From Acidobacteriota bacterium (GTDB lineage Bacteria; Acidobacteriota; UBA6911), in the NCBI GenBank assembly GCA_963664705.1, contig OY761556.1, positions 3,264,001-3,328,000 on the forward strand: a DNA stretch of 64,000 bases. The letters are read 5' to 3'. Below the pieces are notes generated by a model, which was given only the letters and a program-made list of their open reading frames with translations, was not told the DNA's origin and searched no databases. This document shows, piece after piece, positions 55,151 through 64,000 of the stretch. The position numbers were made by a program, and so were the translations under genes. Each line of letters begins with the position of its first letter. The first letter of the stretch is position 1.

Positions 55151-56194
55151 ATGTCTGAAGAGCTCACATTTGTGACAGGGGCCACCGGCTTTGTAGGAAG
55201 CCATGTGGTACGACAGCTCCTCCGCCGGGGGGACCGCGTACGAATTCTGGCCCGTAATTCCAGCCGGAAGTCGAACATTGAGGCCTTTGGCTGCGAGGTT
55301 GCGATTGGAGACCTCCGCGATCCCATGTCGCTCTTGCGATGCGTCCAGGGATGTGGCCGTGTCTATCACGTCGCGGCGGATTATCGATTATGGGCGCGCA
55401 ATCCCCAGGATATTTACGACAATAATGTCGGCGGCACACGCAACCTGCTTTCAGCCTGCTGCGAAGCCGGAGTAGAGAAGGTAGTCTATACCAGTACTGT
55501 GGGAGCGATCGGGTTAAGAAAAGACGGCGTTCCTGCGGATGAAGATAGCCCGGTCAAGCTTGACGACATGATTGGGCATTACAAACGCTCCAAATTCATG
55601 GCCGAGCAGGTAGCCAAGGAATTTGCCGCATCCGGCTTGCCCGTGGTCATTGTCAATCCAACCACGCCTGTCGGTGCGGGGGATATAAAACCGACCCCGA
55701 CCGGAAGGATCATTCAGGAATTCATCAAAGGGCGGATGCGTGCCTATGTTGAAACAGGATTGAATATCGTCGGAGTAGAGGATGTGGCGCGAGGACATCT
55801 CCTGGCGGAGACCAACGGTCGCGTAGGAGAGCGTTACGTACTGGGCGGAGAAAACTGGAGTCTTGAAGAAATACTCGAGGCTCTTGCAAGAATTTGCGGC
55901 AGCAAATACACGCCACTTTTCCGGATTCCTTGGGCGCTCGCATTTGTGGCCGGAGTGGTGGAAAACTTTTTCGTGGGCACGCTTCTTCGGCGGGAACCGA
56001 TGATTCCCCTCGAAGGAGTACGGATGGCCCGGTATAAGATGTTTATCAGCAGCGAGAAGGCTCGCAACGAATTGGGATACAATCCGGAGCCGGCCGAAAA
56101 TGCCCTGCGGGAAGCGGTTGAATATTTCCAGCATCAATGGCAACCGGATTCGGCGCAGGACCGGATATCGAACCTGCACATCAAGACGATCTGA
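55151..56194 (+). CDS. hpnA: Hopanoid-associated sugar epimerase HpnA
   Basis: GATGFVG, HVAADYRLW, GHYKRSK, DIKPTPTG; hopanoid cluster context. Confidence 0.9.
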   Translation: MSEELTFVTGATGFVGSHVVRQLLRRGDRVRILARNSSRKSNIEAFGCEVAIGDLRDPMSLLRCVQGCGRVYHVAADYRLWARNPQDIYDNNVGGTRNLLSACCEAGVEKVVYTSTVGAIGLRKDGVPADEDSPVKLDDMIGHYKRSKFMAEQVAKEFAASGLPVVIVNPTTPVGAGDIKPTPTGRIIQEFIKGRMRAYVETGLNIVGVEDVARGHLLAETNGRVGERYVLGGENWSLEEILEALARICGSKYTPLFRIPWALAFVAGVVENFFVGTLLRREPMIPLEGVRMARYKMFISSEKARNELGYNPEPAENALREAVEYFQHQWQPDSAQDRISNLHIKTI

Positions 56195-56209
56195 CGCAGC
56201 GGCAAACGG

Positions 56210-57313
56210 ATGGGAGATTTTCGGAGTACGATGGCAAAAGAAACGCAGCCCGGCTTGAATGGGCGGAAGATGAGGGCGGCGGTGTATCGGGGTCCATCCA
56301 ATATTTCCATTGAGATGGTGCCGGTCCCTCCAATAGAAGATGGAGAGGTTCTGCTCCGCGTACAGGCATGTGGCGTGTGTGGGACCGATTTGAAGAAGAT
56401 CGAATACGGACTTGTGCCGCCACCGAGGATATTTGGGCATGAGATCGCGGGAACCATCGTGGAAACGGGTCGCAACGTAACCCGTTTCAAAGTCGGCGAC
56501 CGGGTTTCGACGCATCACCATATCCCCTGCCAGAAGTGCTTCTACTGCGAGAAGAAGCTGTTTTCGCAATGCGAATTCTACCGGCGCACCGGCACGACAG
56601 CCGGATTTGAGCCTTCGGGAGGAGGATTTGCTGAGTACGTTCGCATCATGGACTGGATTGTTGAACGGGGAACCATCCTGATTCCTGACGATGTAAGCTT
56701 CGAGGAAGCCAGTTTCCTGGAACCGCTCAACACATGCCTGAAAGCTTTGGAAACAGCAGCTCTGGAGCCGGGAGAAGTGGTCGTCGTATACGGGCAAGGT
56801 CCGGTGGGATTGCTGATGATGCAGGCAGCCGTTTGTGCCGGAGCACGCGTGATCGGGCTGGATTTCCTGCAAAGCCGACTGGATATTGCACGCGAGCTTG
56901 GAGCCCACATGGCGCTGCACCCGGAAAGAGACAACGTCAGCGAAGCCATCGGGCAATTGACCGAAGGCCGCGGCGCGGATCTGGCGATCGTGGCAGCGGC
57001 AAGCCCTCGAGCCATCGAGGATGCCCAACGGATCGTGCGGCGAGGGGGACGCGTGCTGCTCTTTGCACAGACGGTACCCGGCGAAATGATCCCGGTGGAC
57101 GCTTCCTGCATTTGTGTCGAAGAAAAGAAGCTTATCGGAAGCTACAGCGCCTCCATTGAGCTTCAGGAGCAAGCAGCCGACATGATTTTTACACGGAAGA
57201 TCAATGTGGCAAGGCTGATCAGCCACAGATTCGCACTGGAACTGCTCCCGGAAGGGATTCACCTGGCGTCTCATCCCTCTGAGCATTCGCTAAAGGTCGT
57301 GATACAGCCATGA
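56210..57313 (+). CDS. Zinc-dependent alcohol dehydrogenase (MDR family)
   Basis: CGVCGTD, GHE, CQKCFYC..C, EP, GQGPVG; start may be ATG 56270. Confidence 0.9.
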   Translation: MGDFRSTMAKETQPGLNGRKMRAAVYRGPSNISIEMVPVPPIEDGEVLLRVQACGVCGTDLKKIEYGLVPPPRIFGHEIAGTIVETGRNVTRFKVGDRVSTHHHIPCQKCFYCEKKLFSQCEFYRRTGTTAGFEPSGGGFAEYVRIMDWIVERGTILIPDDVSFEEASFLEPLNTCLKALETAALEPGEVVVVYGQGPVGLLMMQAAVCAGARVIGLDFLQSRLDIARELGAHMALHPERDNVSEAIGQLTEGRGADLAIVAAASPRAIEDAQRIVRRGGRVLLFAQTVPGEMIPVDASCICVEEKKLIGSYSASIELQEQAADMIFTRKINVARLISHRFALELLPEGIHLASHPSEHSLKVVIQP

Positions 57314-58371
57314 GAGAATTGATGAAGGTTACCAGAGACAAGATGACCGCAGCCGTTCTATACGGAAAGCGTGATGTCCGTATCGAGCAGATCCCGATCC
57401 CTAGGATTGAAGCGGGTGAGGTCCTGGTGCGGATCAAAGCGGCGTTGACGTGCGGAACGGATCTGAAGGTTTATCGTCAGGGCTTTCATGCACGCATGAT
57501 TGTTCCGCCTTCCGTGTTCGGCCACGAGCTTTCGGGCGTAGTAGAGGAAGTCGGAGAGGGAGTGGAAAGTTTTTCGCCCGGCATGCGCGTCGTCTCCGCA
57601 AATTCCGGGCCTTGTAACGAGTGCTTCTACTGCGAGCGACACCTCGCCAATCTCTGTGAAAACCTGCAGTTCATCAACGGCGCCTATGCCGAATTCATCA
57701 AAATTCCAGAACCGATTGTGCGCCAGAACCTTCTGATACTTCCCGATAATGTGAGCTTCCGGGAAGCGGCGCTGGTGGAGCCTCTCGCCTGCGTTCTTCG
57801 CGCCGTGGAAAAAACCGGCGTCGAGGAGGGAGACACTGTCGTTGTGATCGGCGTGGGTCCCATCGGACTCATGTTTGTGCAGGCGCTCAAATCGATGGGC
57901 ACGCGCGTCATAGCCCTGGGCAACCGTAGCACTCAACTGAACATGGCGGAAATGATGGGGGCCGACTTTGTCATTGACTCCACGAAATCCAATGTAGTCG
58001 AGCAGGTGCGAAAAATAACCAGCGGCCGGCGTGGAGCGGATGTGGTTATTGAAGCGGTGGGCCTCAAGGAAACATGGCAGCAGGCCATGGGCATGGTCCG
58101 GCGCGGCGGCACGATCAACCTTTTCGGTGGATGCCCTTCAGGCACGCATATCCCGCTCGACAGCACCCTTATCCATTATTCCGAAATCACCATTAAAGCA
58201 AACTTCCATCACACCCCTCGCCATATCAGGGAAGCGTTGGATGCGATTCATCGCGGCAGAATCAATGCCCAGAAACTCATCACCGGAGAAGAACAACTCA
58301 GTGCCCTGGGCAGTGTTCTGGAAAGGCTGTTGAACCGGAACGGGGACCTCAAAATAGCGATTATCCCTTGA
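57310..58371 (+). CDS. Zinc-dependent alcohol dehydrogenase (MDR family)
   Basis: TCGTD, GHE, CNECFYC..C, EPLAC, GVGPIG; ATGA-coupled to the previous gene. Confidence 0.9.
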   Translation: MRELMKVTRDKMTAAVLYGKRDVRIEQIPIPRIEAGEVLVRIKAALTCGTDLKVYRQGFHARMIVPPSVFGHELSGVVEEVGEGVESFSPGMRVVSANSGPCNECFYCERHLANLCENLQFINGAYAEFIKIPEPIVRQNLLILPDNVSFREAALVEPLACVLRAVEKTGVEEGDTVVVIGVGPIGLMFVQALKSMGTRVIALGNRSTQLNMAEMMGADFVIDSTKSNVVEQVRKITSGRRGADVVIEAVGLKETWQQAMGMVRRGGTINLFGGCPSGTHIPLDSTLIHYSEITIKANFHHTPRHIREALDAIHRGRINAQKLITGEEQLSALGSVLERLLNRNGDLKIAIIP

Positions 58372-58410
58372 CGCCATAATCGGAACTCCCTTAGTGTTCC
58401 AGAGAGATCC

Positions 58411-59286
58411 ATGGGACCGGAACTGATCGCCTCCTATAAATCCGCAGAAGCAGTCGCGCGCAATAGCCGCAGCAGTTTCTATTATTCCTTTCTCGTGCTC
58501 CCTCCTGAGAAGAAACGGGCATTTTGTGCCGTTTATGCCTTCATGCGTTATTGCGATGATATTTCCGACGGAGCGGACAGTACGGAAGCAAAATGTGAAA
58601 TGCTCCGCAAATGGCGCACGCAACTCGATGCGGTTTTTTCCGGAGCCACCGACGGCAACCCCATCTTCCCCGCCTTTCTGGATACAGCCAGAAGATATGA
58701 AATCCCCGCGGATTATTTCCACTGGGTGATCGACGGTGCAGAGATGGATCTGACCGTTACGCGATACGAGACATTCCAGGAGCTATACAAGTATTGCTTC
58801 AACGTTGCCTCCGCTGTTGGACTGGTTTGCCTGAAAATTTTCGGCTTCACCGGGCAGCAAGCCATGAAACATGCGGAAGAATGCGGCATTGCATTTCAAC
58901 TCACAAACATCCTGCGCGACGTGAAAGAAGACTCGGAACGAGGCCGGATTTATCTGCCCCTGGAGGATCTGCGCAAATTCGGATATACGCAAGATGAACT
59001 TCATTCAGGCGTTTTCGACAACCGCTTCTGCAGCCTCATGCAGTTTGAGACGCTGCGGGCAAGAGAATATTATGCCAGCGCCCGCAAGCTTATCCCGATG
59101 GTGGAACCCTCCAGCAGACCCGCACTCTGGGCCATGATCCAGATTTATGAACGAATTCTGGACAGGATCGTACAAAAGCAATTTGATGTATTCCGTTCAC
59201 CGATACACCTGGCCGGCGCAGAAAAGCTGTCCGTTGCATTGAAAGCAATGGCAATGCGTTTCATCCCCGGTCTGGCTTTGCGATAA
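58411..59286 (+). CDS. hpnD: Squalene/phytoene synthase family protein (HpnD-like)
   Basis: SSFYY, YAFMR.CDDISD, YC..VASAVG, FQLTNILRDVKED..RGRIYLP. Confidence 0.85.
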   Translation: MGPELIASYKSAEAVARNSRSSFYYSFLVLPPEKKRAFCAVYAFMRYCDDISDGADSTEAKCEMLRKWRTQLDAVFSGATDGNPIFPAFLDTARRYEIPADYFHWVIDGAEMDLTVTRYETFQELYKYCFNVASAVGLVCLKIFGFTGQQAMKHAEECGIAFQLTNILRDVKEDSERGRIYLPLEDLRKFGYTQDELHSGVFDNRFCSLMQFETLRAREYYASARKLIPMVEPSSRPALWAMIQIYERILDRIVQKQFDVFRSPIHLAGAEKLSVALKAMAMRFIPGLALR

Positions 59287-59334
59287 CATAGAGGTCAACG
59301 CCGGATTCAGGATGTCCAGCGGGAGGGATCGGAA

Positions 59335-61314
59335 ATGAGATCAAATGGGAGACTAGCGGTGGATGAAACCGATTTGCCGGACAGAACGGAATCTCATGAT
59401 ATCGGCGGCCTGAATCCCGCGCCTGATTCCATAAGGACGGCACTGTCCCGCGCCACCGATTGCCTTGTTTCCCTGCAGCAACAGTCGGGATTCTGGTGCG
59501 GAGAACTGGAAGGCGATTCCATTCTGCAGAGTGAATATATTCTGCTGAAATTTATCATCGAACAGGAAAACGATCCCCGCCTGCCCAAAATAGCCAATTA
59601 CCTTCGGACCCAGCAACGCGCTTCGGACGGAGCCTGGATTCAGTACCCGGGCGGCAAACCCGACTTGAGCGCAACCGTTAAAGCCTATTTTGCCCTTAAA
59701 CTGATGGGTGACAGCATCGATGCGCCGCACATGAAAAAAGCCCGCGAGCTTATCCTGTCCCTGGGCGGGGCCGAGCGATGCAACACCTACTCAAAATTCT
59801 ATCTCGCGGCCCTCGGCCAAATGCATTACGACTCCATCCCTGTCATTCCCCCGGAACTGGTCCTCCTCCCCAAGTGGTTCTATTTTCATCTCGATAAAGT
59901 GTCCGCCTGGTCCCGCACCATGATCATGCCCCTGGCGGTCGTCTCGAGTTACCGGCCCGTCCGCCAGTTGCCGGCTCCGCGCAGCATCATGGAGCTGTAT
60001 GTCAGCCATGATTATGTTCACCGGCCGTTTATTGATTTCGACAAGGAGCTGTTGAGCTGGAAAAATCTATTCCTGGCCATCGACAAGGGACTCAAGCTGC
60101 TGGAAAAAACGAATTTGAAGCCGCTGCGCCGCAATGCCCTGCAGCGAATTGAGGAGTGGATCCTGAAGCGGGCCGACGGCCAACGATCCGACGGTCTCGG
60201 CGCCATCTTCCCCCCCATGGTCTATATTATTATCGCCCTGCGCTGTCTCGGGTACTCCATGGACGATCCGCGCGTCAAAGAAGCCGCCGCACAATTGGAT
60301 CGGCTGATGATCGAGGAATCCAACAACATTCGACTGCAACCCTGTTTCTCCCCCATCTGGGATACCGGCATTGCCACCTATGCCCTTTGCGAAGCGGGCT
60401 TCAACCAGGAAAGCCAGGCAATGCAACAGGCGGTGCGCTGGCTGGTCAGCAAAGAGTGCAAAGATTTCGGGGATTGGAAAGCAAACATCCAGCAACCAGT
60501 CGAGCCGTCCGGCTGGTATTTCGAATTCAACAACTCCTATTACCCCGATGTGGATGATACCGCCATGGTGACCATGGCTTTGCTGCGTTCCGGCTGCAAC
60601 AACGGCAAAGCTCCCGTGGAGCGCGGCATTCGATGGATTCTCGCAATGCAAAACGAAGATGGCGGATGGGCCGCATTCGATAGAACCATCAATCGCCCAA
60701 TCCTCGAGTATGTGCCGTTTGCCGATCATAACGCGATCCAGGATCCGTCGTGCCCGGACATCACCGGGCGCACGCTCGAGTGCCTGGGGCACTTCGGCTG
60801 CGGTCCCGATCATCCCGCGGTTCAGCGCGCGCTCCGGTTCCTCGAGTTCGAACAGGAACCCGAAGGTTGCTGGTTCGGACGCTGGGGCGTCAATTATCTT
60901 TACGGAACATGGCAAGTCGCATGCGGGCTGAAAACTGCGGGAGTGGATATGACCCAGCCCTGGATTCTGCGAGCCGGCGAATGGCTTCGAAGCGTTCAGA
61001 AAGAGGATGGATCTTTCGGCGAGTCGGCGGACAGTTACGAATATCCATCGCAGAAAGGGAAAGGACCTTCCACGCCCTCCCAAACCGCGTGGGGGACGAT
61101 GGCGCTAATGGCCATTTACGGTCCCAATGATCCCGGAGTGCTGAAGGGAATTCAGTACCTTGTAGCATCTCAAAACAGCTCCGGCAGTTGGGACGAACCC
61201 TGGTTTACCGGCACTGGTTTCCCTCGAGTGTTTTATCTGAGATATCATCTCTATCGAATATATTTTCCTATCATGTGCCTCGGGCGCTGGATGAGATTGC
61301 TCAGTAGTCAGTAG
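59335..61314 (+). CDS. shc: Squalene-hopene cyclase
   Basis: PDVDDTA catalytic motif, QW repeats (QNEDGGW, QEPEGCW), GTGFPRVFYLRY. Confidence 0.96.
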   Translation: MRSNGRLAVDETDLPDRTESHDIGGLNPAPDSIRTALSRATDCLVSLQQQSGFWCGELEGDSILQSEYILLKFIIEQENDPRLPKIANYLRTQQRASDGAWIQYPGGKPDLSATVKAYFALKLMGDSIDAPHMKKARELILSLGGAERCNTYSKFYLAALGQMHYDSIPVIPPELVLLPKWFYFHLDKVSAWSRTMIMPLAVVSSYRPVRQLPAPRSIMELYVSHDYVHRPFIDFDKELLSWKNLFLAIDKGLKLLEKTNLKPLRRNALQRIEEWILKRADGQRSDGLGAIFPPMVYIIIALRCLGYSMDDPRVKEAAAQLDRLMIEESNNIRLQPCFSPIWDTGIATYALCEAGFNQESQAMQQAVRWLVSKECKDFGDWKANIQQPVEPSGWYFEFNNSYYPDVDDTAMVTMALLRSGCNNGKAPVERGIRWILAMQNEDGGWAAFDRTINRPILEYVPFADHNAIQDPSCPDITGRTLECLGHFGCGPDHPAVQRALRFLEFEQEPEGCWFGRWGVNYLYGTWQVACGLKTAGVDMTQPWILRAGEWLRSVQKEDGSFGESADSYEYPSQKGKGPSTPSQTAWGTMALMAIYGPNDPGVLKGIQYLVASQNSSGSWDEPWFTGTGFPRVFYLRYHLYRIYFPIMCLGRWMRLLSSQ

Positions 61315-61808
61315 TCAGTAGTCAGTAGTCAGGATGTCCATCGATACCGCGGAGGCGTAATTCTTTGATTAATCCGTTAATCAACCTTCCTGTTTCGGAT
61401 GTCAGCGACAACAGTTCCTGTGCTTGATTTGGCGAAAGATATCCAAGTTCCCGAGAGATTAAAATTTGGGTTTCGGCCTCCGCAAGTGAGCCCAGAGCAA
61501 TTCGCAGATGAGGCAAAAATTCCCCCTTTGATTTTCGGCCTTGACCCTCTGCAATATTGGAGGGAACTGAAACGCATGCGCGTCGAAGCTGCGATACAAT
61601 CCCGTACATTTCCTCCGGCGGAAAGAGACGCGTTTCCCGATAAATCATTTTCACCAGCTTGAGAGCCTTCTTCCATGCAAGTAGGTCCTGGTAATCTCTA
61701 GCATTCATGGGATTCCTCCTACCCGTAATAAATGAACGCTCAGCTTTTTGATCCAAAATATTTCGATACTGATTACTGATTACTGACTACTGGCTACTGA
61801 TTACTGGC
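61301..61808. repeat. Inverted heptamer arrays (TCAGTAG)x4 at 61301-61332 and (TACTGAT/C-like)x6 at 61767-61808 flanking a four-helix-bundle gene
   Basis: Tandem 7-mers visible in sequence; the left array supplies both the shc stop and the four-helix-bundle stop. Confidence 0.88.
61322..61708 (-). CDS. Four helix bundle protein (23S rRNA IVP / bAvd-like family)
   Basis: YQDLLAWKK, FPPEEMYG..SQLRRA.VSVPSNIAEG.GR, ALGSLAEAETQ. Confidence 0.93.
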   Translation of the reverse strand: MNARDYQDLLAWKKALKLVKMIYRETRLFPPEEMYGIVSQLRRACVSVPSNIAEGQGRKSKGEFLPHLRIALGSLAEAETQILISRELGYLSPNQAQELLSLTSETGRLINGLIKELRLRGIDGHPDY

Positions 61809-61873
61809 TTGTGACGTCGACGCGGTTGTGCGAAAATGCGACTCTTTCAACTATGATAGGAGCGGAATCTGCA

Positions 61874-62926
61874 ATGAGCACAAAAATCCCGGTGGGGGTC
61901 CTTGGTGCAACCGGCGCCGTTGGACAAAAATTCATCAAACTGCTGGAAAACCATCCCTGGTTTGAGGTCACAGAAGTCGCGGCCTCCGAAAGAACTTCAG
62001 GAAAACTTTACGGAGATGCCGTCTCCTGGAAGCAGGTCACACCCGTTCCAGACAACGTCCGCAAGCTTGAAGTCCGTCCCTGCACACCGGATCTGAAGTG
62101 CCGCATTGTGTTTTCAGGACTGGATGCATCGGTTGCCGGATCTATTGAGGATGACTTTGCCAAAGCCGGCTATGTGGTTTTAAGCAATTCAAAAAACCAC
62201 CGACTGGATGAAGATGTCCCGCTTGTCATTCCGGAAGTGAATCATGATCACCTTGGACTGATTCCTATTCAGCGCCAGAATCGGAAAGCAAAAGGATATA
62301 TCGTAACCAATGCAAACTGCACCACGATGTTCCTTGCGATGGCACTGGGTCCCATCCACAAAGCATTCAACATTGAAAAAGTCTTCATGGTTTCCATGCA
62401 GGCTGTTTCCGGAGCCGGCTACCCGGGTGTTCCCTCGCTGGATATCCTGGGCAATGTCATCCCCTTCATCGGCGGCGAAGAGGAAAAAGTAGAAATCGAG
62501 ACGAGAAAGATTCTGGGAACCTTTAATGGCAAGACCATCGATCTTGCGGACTTCCCTGTCAGCGCCCAGTGCAATCGCGTAGCGGTGGAAGACGGACACA
62601 CCGAATCGGTTTCAGTCAAACTGGCAAAGAAAACTTCCGTGCAGGAAATCGCGGAACTATTGAAAAATTACTCCGGCGTGCCGCAGCAACTGCGGCTCCC
62701 CAGCGCGCCCCAGGAACCATTTATTGTGATGGAAGCCCAAGACCGGCCGCAGCCCCGATTCGACGTGAACCGGGCCAATGGCATGGCTACGCTCGTGGGA
62801 CGCATCCGACCGTGTTCGATTCTCGACTATAAATTCACTTTAATGGGCCATAACACAGTTCGCGGCGCTGCCGGCGCATCTATCCTCAATGCGGAACTGC
62901 TCAAAGCTCAGGGAATGCTGGAGTAG
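61874..62926 (+). CDS. asd: Aspartate-semialdehyde dehydrogenase (archaeal/fungal-like subtype)
   Basis: LGATGAVGQ, PEVN.DH, NANC, QAVSGAG, CNRV...GH, HNTVRGAAG. Confidence 0.95.
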   Translation: MSTKIPVGVLGATGAVGQKFIKLLENHPWFEVTEVAASERTSGKLYGDAVSWKQVTPVPDNVRKLEVRPCTPDLKCRIVFSGLDASVAGSIEDDFAKAGYVVLSNSKNHRLDEDVPLVIPEVNHDHLGLIPIQRQNRKAKGYIVTNANCTTMFLAMALGPIHKAFNIEKVFMVSMQAVSGAGYPGVPSLDILGNVIPFIGGEEEKVEIETRKILGTFNGKTIDLADFPVSAQCNRVAVEDGHTESVSVKLAKKTSVQEIAELLKNYSGVPQQLRLPSAPQEPFIVMEAQDRPQPRFDVNRANGMATLVGRIRPCSILDYKFTLMGHNTVRGAAGASILNAELLKAQGMLE

Positions 62927-62929
62927 ATC

Positions 62930-64000
62930 ATGATAGTCTGCAAATTCGGAGGGACATCCGTACAGGATGCGGAAGCCATGACCCGCGTTGCCGAAATCAT
63001 CGGCGCCAGAATCAAACAACAGCCGGTGGTGGTCGCCTCAGCCATGGGAAAAACGACCAATGCCCTGCTCGAGGCAGCGCAGACCGCCGCAAAAGGCAAA
63101 CGGCAGGAAGCTCTCGATCTGCTTACCAAGATAAAGGACAAGCACCTCAAGGAAGCGCAAAAACTGGGAATCGCGGTAACCGAAGCGGAAATATTCCAGA
63201 CATACTTCAAAGAGATGCGCGACCTCGTCAAAGGGCTCGCCGCCCTTGGGGAATTGACGCCCAGGATTACCGATGCCATCGCGAGCTATGGCGAACGCCT
63301 GTCTACGGCCATTCTTACGCAGGCGCTCGAAAAGAACGGAATCCCGGCGCAGTTGATGGATGCGCGTGAGTGCATTATTACGGACGACAACTATATGCGC
63401 GCCGCCGTCCTGTTTGACCAAACTGATCCCGCAATCGTCGAACACCTCCGCCCTGTAATCAAGGCGGGGAAAGTTCCGGTATTCCAGGGATTCATTGGGC
63501 GCACGCGCAGCGGCATCACCACAACCATCGGACGTGGCGGTTCGGATTACAGCGCCGCTATCGTCGGAGCCGCTCTCGACGCGGACGATATCCAGATTTG
63601 GACGGATGTTGACGGGATCATGACGACGGATCCACGCATGGTCAAAGAGGCGCGCAGAATAAAGGCCATCTCATTCGACGAAGCAGCCGAGCTTGCCTAT
63701 TTCGGCGCCAAAGTCCTGCACCCGGCTACAATCATTCCGGCTGTCCGCAAAAAAATTCCTGTGCACGTGCTCAACAGCTATAAGCCGGACCAGGAAGGCA
63801 CTCTGATTACGGACGAAGCGCCTCCCTGCGAGAATCCTGTAAAGGCAATCGCTTACAAAAGCGGCATTACGGTGGTCAATGTCACGTCCACGCGAATGCT
63901 CATGGCCCACGGTTTCCTCAAAAAGATTTTTGAAATATTCGACCATTACCAGGTGCCGGTCGATGTGGTCTCCACCTCAGAGGTTTCGGTGTCGTTGACG
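62930..64000 (+). CDS. lysC: Aspartate kinase (runs off the window end)
   Basis: Manual translation MIVCKFGGTSV; SYGERLS, TTIGRGGSDYSA, WTDVDG, AYFGAKVLHP. Confidence 0.95.
   Translation, partial: MIVCKFGGTSVQDAEAMTRVAEIIGARIKQQPVVVASAMGKTTNALLEAAQTAAKGKRQEALDLLTKIKDKHLKEAQKLGIAVTEAEIFQTYFKEMRDLVKGLAALGELTPRITDAIASYGERLSTAILTQALEKNGIPAQLMDARECIITDDNYMRAAVLFDQTDPAIVEHLRPVIKAGKVPVFQGFIGRTRSGITTTIGRGGSDYSAAIVGAALDADDIQIWTDVDGIMTTDPRMVKEARRIKAISFDEAAELAYFGAKVLHPATIIPAVRKKIPVHVLNSYKPDQEGTLITDEAPPCENPVKAIAYKSGITVVNVTSTRMLMAHGFLKKIFEIFDHYQVPVDVVSTSEVSVSLT

Noticed and set aside
61322-61708. Diversity-generating retroelement (Avd-like gene)
   Set aside because: No reverse transcriptase and no TR/VR pair with adenine-specific mismatches seen in the window.

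Overview
Chromosomal window from a bacterium that is most likely an Acidobacteriota member, inferred from the Cys-rich RpoB insertion, hopanoid cluster layout and pilin style. In order it holds: a ubiA/mqnP-pilB-pilT-pilC-pilS-pilR operon with a sigma54-driven type IV pilin; a three-gene envelope module; an intact IS110/IS1111-type element inserted inside a REP-like repeat; the minus-strand tRNA-tuf-rpmG-secE-nusG-rplKAJL-rpoBC cluster (rpoB has a 1-nt frameshift, probably a sequencing error); a ~13 kb radical SAM/glycosyltransferase cluster; tmRNA followed by a GIY-YIG gene and a decayed low-GC Rhs toxin/immunity relic; metabolic genes (acyltransferase, serA, mrp, ndk, sucCD); tRNA-Glu; an ispH-hpnA-2xADH-hpnD-shc hopanoid cluster; a four-helix-bundle gene between inverted heptamer arrays; asd and a truncated lysC. 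The most notable non-coding observations are: (1) the IS 3' non-coding region contains guide-like segments matching the local REP family and its own circle junction, a bridge/seek RNA readable from the window alone; (2) a palindromic repeat family anchored at the CCA ends of tRNA-Gly, tRNA-Tyr and tmRNA, one copy followed by a stand-alone GIY-YIG nuclease; (3) heptamer-built inverted repeats placed just after stop codons, with different cargo or none; (4) a diverged copy of the rplL 3' end between two such hairpins. All calls come from reading motifs by eye; no database searches were run.
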